Source of the DNA: an uncultured delta proteobacterium
GTDB taxonomy: Bacteria; Desulfobacterota; Binatia; UBA9968
Assembly (NCBI GenBank): GCA_963755715.1
Contig: CAVWLW010000027.1
Coordinates: 160,001-224,000, forward strand
Reading direction: 5' to 3'
DNA: 64,000 bases
Shown here one piece after another: positions 38,657 to 49,958 of this stretch; the first letter of the stretch is position 1, and the number at the start of each line of letters is the position of its first letter. The position numbers and the translations under genes were made by a program. The notes beneath the pieces were generated by a model. That model searched no databases and had not been told where the DNA came from. It saw only the letters and a program-made list of their open reading frames with translations.

Positions 38657-38712
38657 CTTCCACGCCTCCCGTAAGATTTTGGCCGCTAATGTCTCAGCCG
38701 CAACTATCATCT

Positions 38713-40230
38713 TCAGCTCTCCCGCTCAATAGCTTCGACCCGCCAGGAGCGCACTTTGCGAACCGCCGGCAGACATAAAATCACGGCAGCGATGAACAGC
38801 AAGGTTGCCGGAAATGGGCCGGTTCGCGAGGATCGTGAGGTCGCCCTGCGACATCATCAGCGATTGGCGCAGCGCCCGCTCGAGCGCGTCGCCGAGCACC
38901 ATTCCCAAAATCAGCGCCGCCGCGGGAAAATCGAGCTTGCGCATCAGATAGCCGAGCAAACCGAAGAGGCCCATCATCCAAACATCGAACAGACTGTTGT
39001 TGACGCTGTAAACGCCGACGATGGAGATGCCGACGATGAGCGGATAGAGAACGTAATACGGCAAACGCAAAATCTGCGCGAACAGCGGCACCAGCGGCAG
39101 ATTCAAAACCAGCAGCAAGACGTTGCCGATGTACATGCTCGCGACCAGCCCCCAAAAAAGCTCCGGGATGTTCCTGGATCAGCAGCGGACCCGGCTTGAT
39201 AGCCCCAGAGAATCAGGCCGCCCAACAGGATCGCGGTGGTATTGCCGCCGGGAATGCCGAGCGTCAGCAACGGCACCAGCGCGCCGCCGGCATCGGCGTT
39301 GTTGGCGCCCTCCGGCGCGGCCACGCCTTCGATCACGCCGGTGCCGAATTTTTCCGGATGGCGCGAGACCGCCTTTTCGAGACCGTAGGATAAGAACGAG
39401 GCGACCGTCGCGCCCGCGCCGGGCAAGCGCGCCGACGAAAAAGCCGATCATCGAGCCATTCAAGAAAGCAAAGCGGCAATCCTTGAGATCTTGCAGCGTC
39501 GGCAAAAGATTTCTGAGCCCTTTCGCAAGCTTGAAAATCTCTGCGCCGCCCTGTGGATTCCAGGTTCACCAGGACTTCGCCGATCGCAAAAACCCCGACA
39601 GTCGCAGCGATAAAGTCGACGCCGCCGAGCAGCTTCACCTGGCCGAAGGTAAATCTCGATTCAGCGGTGAAAAGATCCGTGCCGATCGTCGCGATCCAAA
39701 GACCGACAAGCATCGCTAGCAGGGCTTTGACCATCGACTCGCCGGCCAAGAAAACCACCATGGCCAGCCCCAAAACCATCAAGGCGAAATACTCGGGCGG
39801 AGCAAAGCGCAACGCGAAGCGCGCCAGAGGCGGCGCGATCAGCATCAAACCCGAGCACGCCTACGGTCCCCGCGACGAACGAAGCGATGGCGGAAATTCC
39901 CAGCGCAGCCCCCGCTCTTCCTTGACGCGCCATCTGATAGCCGTCGAGACAGGTCACGACCGAAGAGGACTCTCCAGGTATGTTCAAAAGGATCGATGTA
40001 GTTGAGCCGCCGTAGCGCGCGCCGTAAAAAATACCCGCAAGCGCGATGATGGCCGTCGTGTGGTCCATTTTGAGGGTGAGCGGCAGCAACATCGCGATGG
40101 TCGCCGCCGGCCCCAAACCCGGCAACACGCCGACCATGGTGCCCAGGATCACGCCGACCAAACACCAGAATAAATTTACCGGCGTCAGCGCGACCGAAAA
40201 CCCAAGCAGGAGATTACCGAGGTCCTCCAT
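38713..40230 (-). CDS. tctA: Tripartite tricarboxylate transporter large subunit (frameshifted)
   Basis: [24 protein letters not shown] and [16 protein letters not shown] across frames. Confidence 0.9.
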
Positions 40231-40252
40231 GATTCAACGATCTAACCCGGAG

Positions 40253-40714
40253 TCAGAATCCCCAAAATGCCTTCGGTAAAGACACATCGAGAGCTACGAC
40301 AAAAATCAAATGGAATGACACCGCGAGGCCGATGCCGACGCCGACCGCAAGCAAAGTGGGGCGTCGATCCAAAGCGACGATGAGGAACATCGTGAGAACT
40401 ATAAAGCTCACGGCAAATCCGATGCTGCCCAGAAGAGCGATGGCGACCATCAGCGCCAACCATGCGGCCAGGGCGCGACCGGCAGCTTTCCATGATTTGG
40501 ATTCGCCTTTAGCCTTGCTTCGGGAGATCGACAAGGATGCGAGCATCAATCCAGACGCAAATAGCACCAGGCCGATGCCGAGCCAGAGCGGAAAAAATCC
40601 CGGTCCCGGCCCGACCTCGGACACGTAGTCCAGTCTGGCAGCCACCGAAATCACGTAGATCCCGAAAGCGGCGAGACAAGCCGCAGAAATGAAATTACCT
40701 TTGTCGCGTATCAT
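40253..40714 (-). CDS. tctB: Tripartite tricarboxylate transporter small subunit
   Basis: GPGPGFFP, four TM helices and a C-terminal LDVSLP. Confidence 0.88.
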   Translation of the reverse strand: MIRDKGNFISAACLAAFGIYVISVAARLDYVSEVGPGPGFFPLWLGIGLVLFASGLMLASLSISRSKAKGESKSWKAAGRALAAWLALMVAIALLGSIGFAVSFIVLTMFLIVALDRRPTLLAVGVGIGLAVSFHLIFVVALDVSLPKAFWGF

Positions 40715-40910
40715 AAGAAGTTTTACACGTGAGCGCTGTGAATAGCGTTTATTAACGATTCGCGCAAGAGCATGGAGACTGAGGCGGGAGAGTATTGCGC
40801 ACGTTCATGAAGATTCTAGCGCGAGTAGACACGGCCGTCCTGGCGTCGCTGACATGGTGACAAAACGAAACCTGTGAGAAAAACATCGAGAGCGCGCGAG
40901 CAACCGCCGG

Positions 40911-41378
40911 CTAACCAAAAATCTTGCGCTCCACGCTTTGCCAGTCGTAGGGCACAAAGTTATTTTCGCTCGGCGTCCGCATCTGCGGACTTTCAGCTTC
41001 ATCGAATAGACCGATCGACGTTTGCTGCAGTTTGCCGGCGACCAGCGCGGGAGCGTGAGCCTCGACCACGACTGCATCGGCGTCGGAACGGTTCCACGCC
41101 CAATGAATCTTGTGGGACGGGATACGATGGAAATCTCCGGCTTTGCAAAGAAAGCCGCGCTCCTCGACAAAGAACCAGATTTCGCCTTCGAGCACGTAAT
41201 TGATCTGCTCCGCCTCATGCGCGTGCGGCGTCGTGTGATAGCCGGGCGCTCGGGTGGCGTACATCAGGCTGCACTCGTTGCCGTAACCTCTTCGCACCAC
41301 CATCGCGCCCTCGCCTTCGACGCCGGTGCGTACTACCTTTCGCTCAGGCACATCTTTAGCTTTAACGTGCAGCGACAT
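40911..41378 (-). CDS. Cupin domain protein
   Basis: PHAHEAEQINYVLEG and GDFHRIP...H; AGGAG RBS. Confidence 0.88.
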   Translation of the reverse strand: MSLHVKAKDVPERKVVRTGVEGEGAMVVRRGYGNECSLMYATRAPGYHTTPHAHEAEQINYVLEGEIWFFVEERGFLCKAGDFHRIPSHKIHWAWNRSDADAVVVEAHAPALVAGKLQQTSIGLFDEAESPQMRTPSENNFVPYDWQSVERKIFG

Positions 41379-41409
41379 GAGGAATCTCCTGGGAGGAAGA
41401 TTGCACCAC

Positions 41410-41482
41410 TGGAATGTTGGAGTGACGGAGTGTAATGCTCTGGAACCAACACTCCAGTACTCCAATACTCCATCACTCCAGC
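41410..41482. repeat. Tandem-inverted repeat with an 8-nt GGAGTRNT unit
   Basis: GGAATGTT GGAGTGAC GGAGTG, then CCAACACT CCAGTACT CCAATACT CCATCACT; same family as 16761. Confidence 0.85.
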
Positions 41483-41865
41483 TCTTTCGGTTTCTTGTAC
41501 CGCGCCTTCGGCACGATCTCGGCCACCGTACCGCCGGGAGCGCGAAACTTGATCGGAATCACTCCGGGATCGCTGATGATCTCGCAGCCGAATTTTTGCA
41601 ATTGAGCGGCCGAATCCTTCATGTCGTCGACCTCGATGGCAAAGTGATGGATGCAGGGGCCCAATCCCGACGCGCGCGCTTCGGCCGAATCCTCGCTGTC
41701 ATACTTGATCAGCGCCAGATCGATCGTGCCGTCGGTCAGATGGCGCGAGGTGTGATCTCTCACCTGGCCGGTTTCCATCTCCACGAAGCCAAAACCCTTT
41801 TCGTAAAACTCGGTGGCTTTTTCCAGATCATCGACCTTGAGCGCGATGTGAACGATTCGGGCCAT
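41473..41865 (-). CDS. VOC family protein
   Basis: IVHIALKV, IHHFAIEV and APGGTVAE. Confidence 0.88.
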   Translation of the reverse strand: MARIVHIALKVDDLEKATEFYEKGFGFVEMETGQVRDHTSRHLTDGTIDLALIKYDSEDSAEARASGLGPCIHHFAIEVDDMKDSAAQLQKFGCEIISDPGVIPIKFRAPGGTVAEIVPKARYKKPKELE

Positions 41866-41966
41866 GGTCCCTCCTTGCTTCGCTTGAGGTCTAACACAGT
41901 GAAGAGAAGCGATTCAACCCACCGCTATCGAGGACGACTCCCGGAGGCAAAGTTCTGCCTCGGACG

Positions 41967-43133
41967 TTAATATTTACCCAGCCTGGCTAATCTTTCAGAC
42001 GCAGCCGCGAGGGTTTCGTCCTTTTTGCAGACCGCGAATCGCGCGAAGTGTTGGCCCAGATGCTTGTCCGATTCCTGATAAAACGGACTGGCCGGAACGC
42101 AGGCGACACCGACTTCGCGAATCAACCAATGCGCGAATTGAAAGTCATCCGTCACGCGCGCCGGCGCGACGCCGCGCCAGTCGACCATGACGAAGTAACT
42201 CCCTCGCGGCTGAAAAACTTTGAAACCTGCGTTTTGAAGCGCATGGAGCACCCGGTTTCGCCGCGCTTGATAACTCGCTCGCAGATTGTCGAAAAATTGA
42301 GTCGGCAAGCAGAGTGCTGTGGCGGCGGCTGCCTGCAGCGGCGAAGCGACGGCGTAGGTAATGAATTGGTGCGCCTGATTCACTGAGTTGACCAAAGCCG
42401 CTGGTCCAACGGCCCAACCGATTTTCCAGCCCGTGACGCTGAAAGTTTTCCCCAAGCTACTGATCGTAACGGTGCGGTCTTCCATACCGGGCAGCGTCGC
42501 GAGTCGTGTATGAACCGCGTCGTCGTAAAGAATGTGCTCGTACACTTCGTCGGTGATCGCGATCACGTCGTGTTTCTGACACAGATCGGCAATCACCCGA
42601 AGCTCCTCGCGCGCATAGACTTTGCCGGTCGGGTTATGCGGCGTGTTGACGATGATCGCTCGCGTATGCGCGTTGAAAGCCCTCGCCAGCTCATCCGGAT
42701 CGAAAGTCCAATTTTCCCCGCGCAACGGAACGTAGCGCGGCGTTACGCCGGCCATGACCATGTTCGGCACATAGGTGTCATAAACCGGCTCGAACACAAT
42801 CACTTCATCGCCCGGATCAGTGAGACCGAGGACCGCCGCAAATACACCTTCGGTCGCGCCGCTGGTTACCAGAACATCGGTTTCGGCGTTGAGCTTTTGG
42901 CCGTAGAAGCGTTCGGCATGCTGCGCAATCGCTTCGCGCACAGTGGCCATGCCGATGCCGGGGGCGTATTGATTCAGCGCGCTGTTTACGGCCTTGACCG
43001 CGGCGGCGAGAACTTCCGGCGGACCATCGAAGTCCGGCGCGCCTTGGCCGAGATTTACCGCGTTGTGTTGTCGCGCCAAATCATTGATCTCGACAAAAAC
43101 CGTCGTGCCAAATCCGGCGACGCGCTGGGACAT
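41967..43133 (-). CDS. PLP-dependent class I/II aminotransferase (YbdL/DapC-like)
   Basis: NLGQG.PD, NTPHNPTG, DEVYE and SLGKTFSVTGWKIG. Confidence 0.92.
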   Translation of the reverse strand: MSQRVAGFGTTVFVEINDLARQHNAVNLGQGAPDFDGPPEVLAAAVKAVNSALNQYAPGIGMATVREAIAQHAERFYGQKLNAETDVLVTSGATEGVFAAVLGLTDPGDEVIVFEPVYDTYVPNMVMAGVTPRYVPLRGENWTFDPDELARAFNAHTRAIIVNTPHNPTGKVYAREELRVIADLCQKHDVIAITDEVYEHILYDDAVHTRLATLPGMEDRTVTISSLGKTFSVTGWKIGWAVGPAALVNSVNQAHQFITYAVASPLQAAAATALCLPTQFFDNLRASYQARRNRVLHALQNAGFKVFQPRGSYFVMVDWRGVAPARVTDDFQFAHWLIREVGVACVPASPFYQESDKHLGQHFARFAVCKKDETLAAASERLARLGKY

Positions 43134-43326
43134 CAATGAAATCTCCGGGTCATCTCCATTAAAGCTTCTTCATCGGAATAATCATGATCGCGCCTGTGTT
43201 TCAACAGTTCATTGTATGGTGTTTCGTGAGGGGTGCCCATGACTCACGCCTCGCTCATCCCTGGACATTTTCGCCAGGTTTCAATATCAAAGACAGTAAC
43301 AGACCATCCCTGAAGGAGTAATTCTC

Positions 43327-44824
43327 ATGGCTCAAACAAATGCATTTAATGTTGTCGAAGCAACCATCGAAGACATACACACCGGTTATAAATCCGGCAA
43401 GCTCACCTGTCATCAGCTCGTGCAAATGTATCTCGACCGCATCGAAGCCTTCGACAAGAAAGGCCCGAACATCAACGCACTCATCACGATCAATGCCGAC
43501 GCGCTCAAAGAAGCCGACCGCCTCGACGCGGCATATAAGGCATCCGGCCCCATTGGTCCGCTGCACGGCATTCCGGTGATCGTGAAAGATCAGGCCGATG
43601 TCAAAGGCATGCCGACGACCTTGGGCTCGCTGTTATTCAAAGATTACTTTCCCGATCGTGACTCCTTCGTCGCGGAAAAGTTGCGCAAGGCCGGCGCAGT
43701 GATTCTCGGCAAAGCCACGCTCGGCGAATTGGGCGGCGGCGACACGCATGGCTCGCTTTTCGGCTCGACAAGAAATCCTTACGACATCGAGCGTACCGTC
43801 GGCGGATCCTCGGGTGGCTCCGCGGCATCGGTGTCGGCGAATTTCTCGACGGTCGCCGTCGGCCAGGAAGGTTTGGCATCGATCCGCCGACCGTCGACGT
43901 GGAACGGCATTGCCGGCATGCGTCCTTCCGCCGGTTTGGTCAGCCGCGGCGGCGTGTACGGCTGCTGGCCGGAGATCTTCGGCTCCCTCGGCCCGATGGC
44001 GCGAAGCGTCACAGATTTGGCCAAACTTCTCGACGTCATGGCCGGCTACGATCCGGAAGATCCCATTACGGCGCGTAGCGTCGGCCATATTCCGGAAACG
44101 TTTACAAAATTTCTCGATAAGAACGGCCTCAAAGGCGCGCGCCTGGGCATTTTGCGCGAATCGATCGGCCTCAACGCCGAACCAGAATCGGCAGACTTCA
44201 AAAAGGTAAGTGAAGTTTTTGACAAAGCCATCAGCGAGTTGAAAGCCGCGGGCGCTGAGCATCGTCGATCCCATCGTCATTCCGAAGATCAAAGAGCTGC
44301 TCGCCAAACGCTCCGGCGGTCCGGGAGACACGGACGAGTCGTTTAAAAACTACTACGGCCGCAGCGCCAATCCGCCGTTCAAGACGCCGCAGGAAGTCAT
44401 CGCCGCGCCTGACTTCGCCAAAGTCGTCAAACGATCGCAAGACCGTTTCAAAAGGCAGCCCGACGCAGCGAAACACTACGAAAGTCTTAAAGCGCAAGAC
44501 GAGCTGATGACGAATTTGTTAAAAGTGATGGCCGATCACAAGCTCGACGCCATCGTGCACAAGGCCGTCGAGCACCAACCAACCTTGATCAAGGACGGCA
44601 TCGCGCCGCCCTTCACCGACCAAAAAGGCGCGCCGCATCTGAATACGTTTTTAGTCTATACGCCGACGATCGTGGTTCCCGCGGGCTTCACGCGCGACAA
44701 TCTACCGGCAGGCGTCTGCTTTATCGGCCGTCCCTACGACGACGGCAATCTGATCAAGTTCGCCTACGCTTACGAACAGGCGACCCATCATCGCAAGCCG
44801 CCGGCGAGCACGACGGGACTGTGA
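43327..44824 (+). CDS. Amidase signature family protein; frameshift near 44260
   Basis: LHGIPVIVKD, TRNPYD, GGSSGGS and ASIRRP; C-terminus GRPYDD...AYAYEQ in another frame. Confidence 0.88.
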
Positions 44825-44906
44825 TCTGTCCGTCGTTCGCTTGGTGAAAAACTTTTCTTCAGGGCGGGACGTAACCCGCCCTGAGAGCATCAGTTCCCAT
44901 TCGTTG

Positions 44907-44934
44907 GCGCTGAGCTGCGCGGCCGGCTCAGCGC
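44907..44934. terminator. Hairpin between convergent genes, possible terminator
   Basis: GCGCTGAGC...GCTCAGCGC inverted repeat. Confidence 0.4.
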
Positions 44935-44953
44935 TCAGAAACACATTGATTTC

Positions 44954-45916
44954 TTACTTGCCGAGCGTTTTTAGAAACCCTTCCCGATCCAGCTCTTCGA
45001 GCAGGGAATTTTCGTAAAAATCCTCGATCTTGCGGTTGGTCGGCTTGTCGGTCGGTAGTCCTGCCTGGATCGTCGCCGCGTCGGACAGCGGCATGACGGG
45101 ACTGTTTTTGACAAAGTAATTATAGGATTGCGCCAGCACGTCGGCGTTGGCGAGCTTGGAATACTTTTGCAATACCTGAATGGCAAAATTTTTATTTTGC
45201 CGGTGAACGTTCAGCCCGTCGATGAGCGCCATGAGAAACCGCTTGGCTATCGGTCTGTTTTGAGTCAGGGAGGTGCGCCGCGATGCGATCACCGAGGTGG
45301 GATACGTGATCTTCAACGCGCCGAGATCGGCCAGCAAATTGAGACCGCGCCCGGTCGCGGCAAAGAGTCCCGGCGGCGCCAGCATCGTTGCTTGCGCCGA
45401 GCCGGATTCCAGCGCGGCGATGCGCACGGGGTCCGGCCCCGCCTGCAAAAAAGATACGTTGCGCGCGCCGACACCCAGTCGATCGAGCGCGATTCGAGCA
45501 GCGGTCTCCTCGATGCCGCCGAGGCGCGCGACCACGAATATCTTACCTTTGAGATCCGCCGGCGCATGAATGTTCTTGCCCGACACCATGCCATAGGGCA
45601 TCAGCCCGTACGCCGTGGCCAAAATCACGATATCGGCGCCCTGCACGGTCGCTTGGAGTGGCGATGCGCCGCCGAGATAGGTAAATCCGATCTCGTTTGC
45701 CATCACCGACTGAATGTTGGTCAGGCCGCCTGAGATCAGCAGCATTTCAGCCGACAAACCGTATTTTTTATAGAGCCCGGCCTCGTAAGTAATCCAGAAC
45801 GGCAAGTTTTGACCTGATAGTCCCGAATAACTGACGCGCACCGCTTGAGCATAGCTCAACGACGGAAAGTAAGAGAGCGCAGCTAGAAAAATAAAAATAA
45901 CCCACCGTAGAAACAC
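44954..45916 (-). CDS. NMT1/SsuA-like ABC substrate-binding protein
   Basis: Signal peptide ending SYA-Q; GLYKKYGL and DLKGK. Confidence 0.87.
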   Translation of the reverse strand: MFLRWVIFIFLAALSYFPSLSYAQAVRVSYSGLSGQNLPFWITYEAGLYKKYGLSAEMLLISGGLTNIQSVMANEIGFTYLGGASPLQATVQGADIVILATAYGLMPYGMVSGKNIHAPADLKGKIFVVARLGGIEETAARIALDRLGVGARNVSFLQAGPDPVRIAALESGSAQATMLAPPGLFAATGRGLNLLADLGALKITYPTSVIASRRTSLTQNRPIAKRFLMALIDGLNVHRQNKNFAIQVLQKYSKLANADVLAQSYNYFVKNSPVMPLSDAATIQAGLPTDKPTNRKIEDFYENSLLEELDREGFLKTLGK

Positions 45917-45950
45917 CGATCCTCCTTTTTGCGCGCCCGTAGAATGGCGC

Positions 45951-46999
45951 TTATTGTAATTTAAAGATATTTTGAAAAAGTTTTTCGTAATGCTCCCAGC
46001 GCTCGCCCAGCGATTCGTCGACGGAAATCATTTGCACTTTGGCGTTCCTGATCTTTGCCATGAACGCGGATTTCACATCGGTACGCCCCGAAGGTTTGAC
46101 GAATTGTTCTTCGAGCAAGGTCTCCTGCACGTCTCTCGATAATACGTGGTTCAAATAAAGCTTGGCGGCGTTGGGATGGGGCGCGTTCGCCGCAATGCCA
46201 ATCGTGACGACGTCGACGACCGTCGGATCGAGAGCAACCCATTCGATCGGCGCGCCGCGCCGCTTGGTGAGCTCCACGCGCGGACCGTTCAGCGAAACCG
46301 CGCCTGCGTGTTCGCCGGCGGCGACCAGTTGAGTGATTAAAGTATTGCCGTTGAGTATTTTCAGGTTTTGCCCGGCCAGACGGCGCATGAAGGCGAGGCC
46401 TTTGTCTTCGCCCCAGTGGCGCAGCAGCGTCGCGAACCACTCGATGGCGGTTTGCTCGAACGCGAGCTGTCCGTTCCAGCGCGGCTCCAAAAGATCGCCG
46501 TAGGCCTTGGGCGCGGCGGTCGAGGCAATCAGCCGGGTATTATATGCGGTCACTTCTGGATTGACGTAGAACGCGGTCCAAAAGCCGTTGCGGTCTTTGA
46601 ACGCTGGATCGAAGCGGGCTCTTTCCGGTGATTCGTAATTCATGATCAGGCTGCGCTGGATGAGCGCCGTCATATTGAGCCGGCTGATACCGATCACGTC
46701 GACCAAAGGCCGTCCGGCGCGCGCTTCGGTCATCACTCTTGCGGTGATCCGCTCGCTGGCGCCGGGACGAGTCAGCGACACTTCGACAAATGGGTATTTT
46801 TCTCGAAAATGATTGACGATGCGCGAGTGATCCGGCACGGCTAGGAGCGAATAAATAACCAGCCGCCCTTCCTTGCGCGCGCCTTCGACGAGCGCCGACG
46901 ACTCCGCCGCGCAAGCAAGGGAACTGTGATTGATCGCGCAGAGCACAACCAGCAGCGAAATAAGGCCGCCGGCGCGGCGCGCTCGATTTTTGTTTGCAT
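45951..46999 (-). CDS. Fe3+/thiamine-type ABC substrate-binding protein (start uncertain)
   Basis: GARKEGRLVIYS, AYNT, DLLEPRWNG and APHPNAAKL. Confidence 0.82.
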
Positions 47000-47052
47000 C
47001 ACGGTTTGCGTCAATCGCTCTTTGAACGTGAAAGAATTCGCCGGCTACGCGA

Positions 47053-48517
47053 TTATTCCGTTCTTTGGACGGTGAGAGAGAAGTCGCCCTTGCGGATATG
47101 GACGTGCCCCAGTTTCTTTTTGCCAAGCTCTTCGACCAGACGCACAAGCGGCTTGCGCGCGAGATATTCCTTCCTCGGCGGCGCGCCTTTTAGAGCATCG
47201 ACAAACTCGGGACCCGCGTAGAAGCGTAGCAGCAATTCTTCGTCCGACAAATGTGGTCCGCCGTATTGTTTGCGCACTTCTTCGAGCGCCGGCTCCGGGT
47301 ACTCGATTTTTTCAATCTCTCGGGCGCGCGGACGATCGAGAATTTTCGCCTTAACGGCTGAATCCATATGATCGCTGCCTTCTTTGCCCCAGAGACCGAG
47401 CGCATATTGAATCACTGGATCCGTGACTTCTTTATATCGCTCGCCCAGAATTACGTTGATCGCCGCTTGGCTGCCGACAAACTGCGCGAACGGCGTCACC
47501 ATGATCGGATAGCCGAGCTCGGCGCGCACCTGCGCGGTTTCTTCCAGCACTTCTTGCAACTTTTCCTCTTTGCCCATCAGCTTGAGCTGATGGCGCAGGT
47601 TCGAAATCATACCGCCCGGCACCTGATGGCCGTACCAGGCTTGATCGAATTCGCGCGGGGCGCCCACCGGCAAGCCCTCGCGCTTGGCAATCCACGAGAA
47701 GTGCTCGCGCACCGGCGGCAGCGCGTCGAGATTCACCAATGGCTTATATCCTAACGCGCGCAGGTTGCCGACGACATTGAACACGGAAGGTTGCGACGAG
47801 CCGTTGGCGAGCGGCGGTATCGCGGTATGAACGATGCGCACGCCTTCTTTCACCGCTTCGAGCAGATTGAAAGGCGCCAAGCCCATTGTTGCAGTGGGCA
47901 TGGAACTCAAGCGGCGTGTCGCCGATATTTTGTTTGATGAGTCTTACCAAATCGCGCGTGCGGTCCGGCGTTAACATGCCGCCGACGTCTTTGAAGCACA
48001 GCCGATACGGCTTCAGTGCCGCCGCGTCGCGCGCTTTTTGCGCGTAATACTCGTCGGTGTGGCGCGGCGAGATCGAGTAGATCAGGTTCATCACCGTTTC
48101 CATGCCGAGCTTTTTAAGTTCTTTCGCTTCTTTTCCCAAAGCTTCGAAGTCATTCCAAGCGTTGGAAGTGCGGGTCAGATCGATGCCGTACTTGGCAACG
48201 GTTTGAATCACCAACCGGCGGATGCACTCCGGAATGAACTCAAAGCCGCTGTGCAACCCGCCGTGATAGCGCAGGCGAGTTTTTTTGATCTCTTTGGTTC
48301 CAAGCCGCAGCCAATCCCACGGATCTTCTTTGTGCTCGCGAACGAATTTTTTGAAACGCAAGCTCAAGAAAAACTCCATGGAATCGAAGCCCGCCTCGTC
48401 CATGTGGCGCAACGCCGGCAGCATCATGCCGGTGGTCATGCCATAGGCCCAAAGGCTGATATCGCCATCGCGCAGAGTCGTATCGACGATTCGGATTTCG
48501 TCCACGGCTTGATTCAC
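47053..48517 (-). CDS. Pyruvate carboxylase B/OadA-like carboxyltransferase without a biotinyl domain; frameshift near 47885
   Basis: DTTLRDG, EDPW, KDVGG, FHAH, HQVPGGMISN and GYPIMVTPFAQ. Confidence 0.85.
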
Positions 48518-48538
48518 CTCGACGTCTTCATCTGACGT

Positions 48539-49901
48539 TCACAACGCAGGTTGAATGTCGACCAGATTCATGAGCGCACCGATGTGCTGAGCATCTTTTA
48601 CGCGCCACCAACTTTCCAGCGCAGTGCGGCTGCGATCTTTGCCCAGTGCCGGTTCCGCCAACGCCATAAATTTTTCTTCGATGTGGTGGTCTTGCATCGG
48701 ATTGTCGGGATGGCCCAATGGATTTTCCACTTCGACGAAATGCCGGGCGCCGTCCTGCGTCGTCGCAACCACTCGAATCAAGACTTTTGCCGGCAGCAGA
48801 GCTTCGATGGCATCGTCCGGAATCACTTTGATCTTTTGCATCAACGGCCGCAGCGCCGGATCTCGAACGGCTTCGTCGTTGAATGAAGAAACGCGAATCG
48901 GTCCGTCGACGAGCGCTCGGGCAAAAATATACGGCAAGCTGTGATCCGCCGTTTCGCGCGTCTTGGGATCCCATTTTTCCGGCTCACTGCCGATTTCGAA
49001 CCAGGTAAACTTCGAGGTAAAGACTTCGATCTCTCTTAACTCGTCTGCTTTGGTTTTCGCACGCAGCTCCAGCGCCGCCCACACCGCAGCTTGACCATTA
49101 GTTTCGATGGGCCAGTATTTGAGTTGAACCCGCGGCGTCAGATAGACGCCACCTTCGTCAGGGAAACGGCGCCAAATCGAACGGGCCGGTGACCTTTTCC
49201 CAAAGTCCATTGCGGCCCTCAAACGCGCTGCCGGGCCCGCTCATGCCTTCGGCCGCGAGCAATGCGGCAAAAAGTCCATTGCGCGCGGCGTATGCCGTCG
49301 CGACATTTTTCCACGGCGTAAGCTCGCCCGAGCGCGTAACCCGCAACGGCAGATTGGAAGTTGCGGCGATGCCAACCGCGTGCGCGGTCACATCGGCGGA
49401 AAGTTTCAGCAGGTTACAAACTCCCGCCGCGGTCGCGATGCCGATGGCGTAGCCTTGATCCCAACCGCGCCGGCTGAGCGTCGTGGCATCACTCAGACGC
49501 GCAAAAATCTCGTAAACCACGATCATGCTGGCGAGCAAACTTTTCCCGTCCACTTGCATGCTGCCCGCCAACGCGAGCAGTGCGCCCAGGCAATCGCTCG
49601 GATGCCCTCCCGGATAACGATCGTTGAAATCAAAATTGCGAATCATCGCGGTGTTAATGAACGCCGCGGACTCCGCAGGTAAATTATCGCCGAAGCAAAG
49701 CACGCGACCTGCATATTTGCCGGGAGCCTGCCCGCTTGCCAGCCTCCGACCGATCTGCGCGGGCTCGCAGTCGAAGGCTCCGAGCGCACAGCCGATCGAA
49801 TCTATCAGCCGCTGGGTCGCGGCGTGCGCCGCTTCCGCGGTTAAATGGTCGAACCTCGTAGAAGCGGCGTAATTGGCGATCTTGTCAGTGACTGCATCCA
49901 T
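48539..49901 (-). CDS. MmgE/PrpD family protein (2-methylcitrate dehydratase-like); frameshift near 49170
   Basis: DSIGC, DFND..HPSD, R.GELTPWK, PKTRETADHSLPY and GHPDNPM. Confidence 0.87.
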
Positions 49902-49958
49902 GAATTAAACCCAAGGCCGCTGCCGATAACTTGAAACTCCCGAGCTCAACGACTGTGC

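Noticed and set aside
36289-40230. Programmed frameshifting or pseudogenes in prpD/tctC/tctA
   Set aside because: There is no consistent slippery motif and no nonsense codon, and similar indels occur across the window, so sequencing error is simpler.
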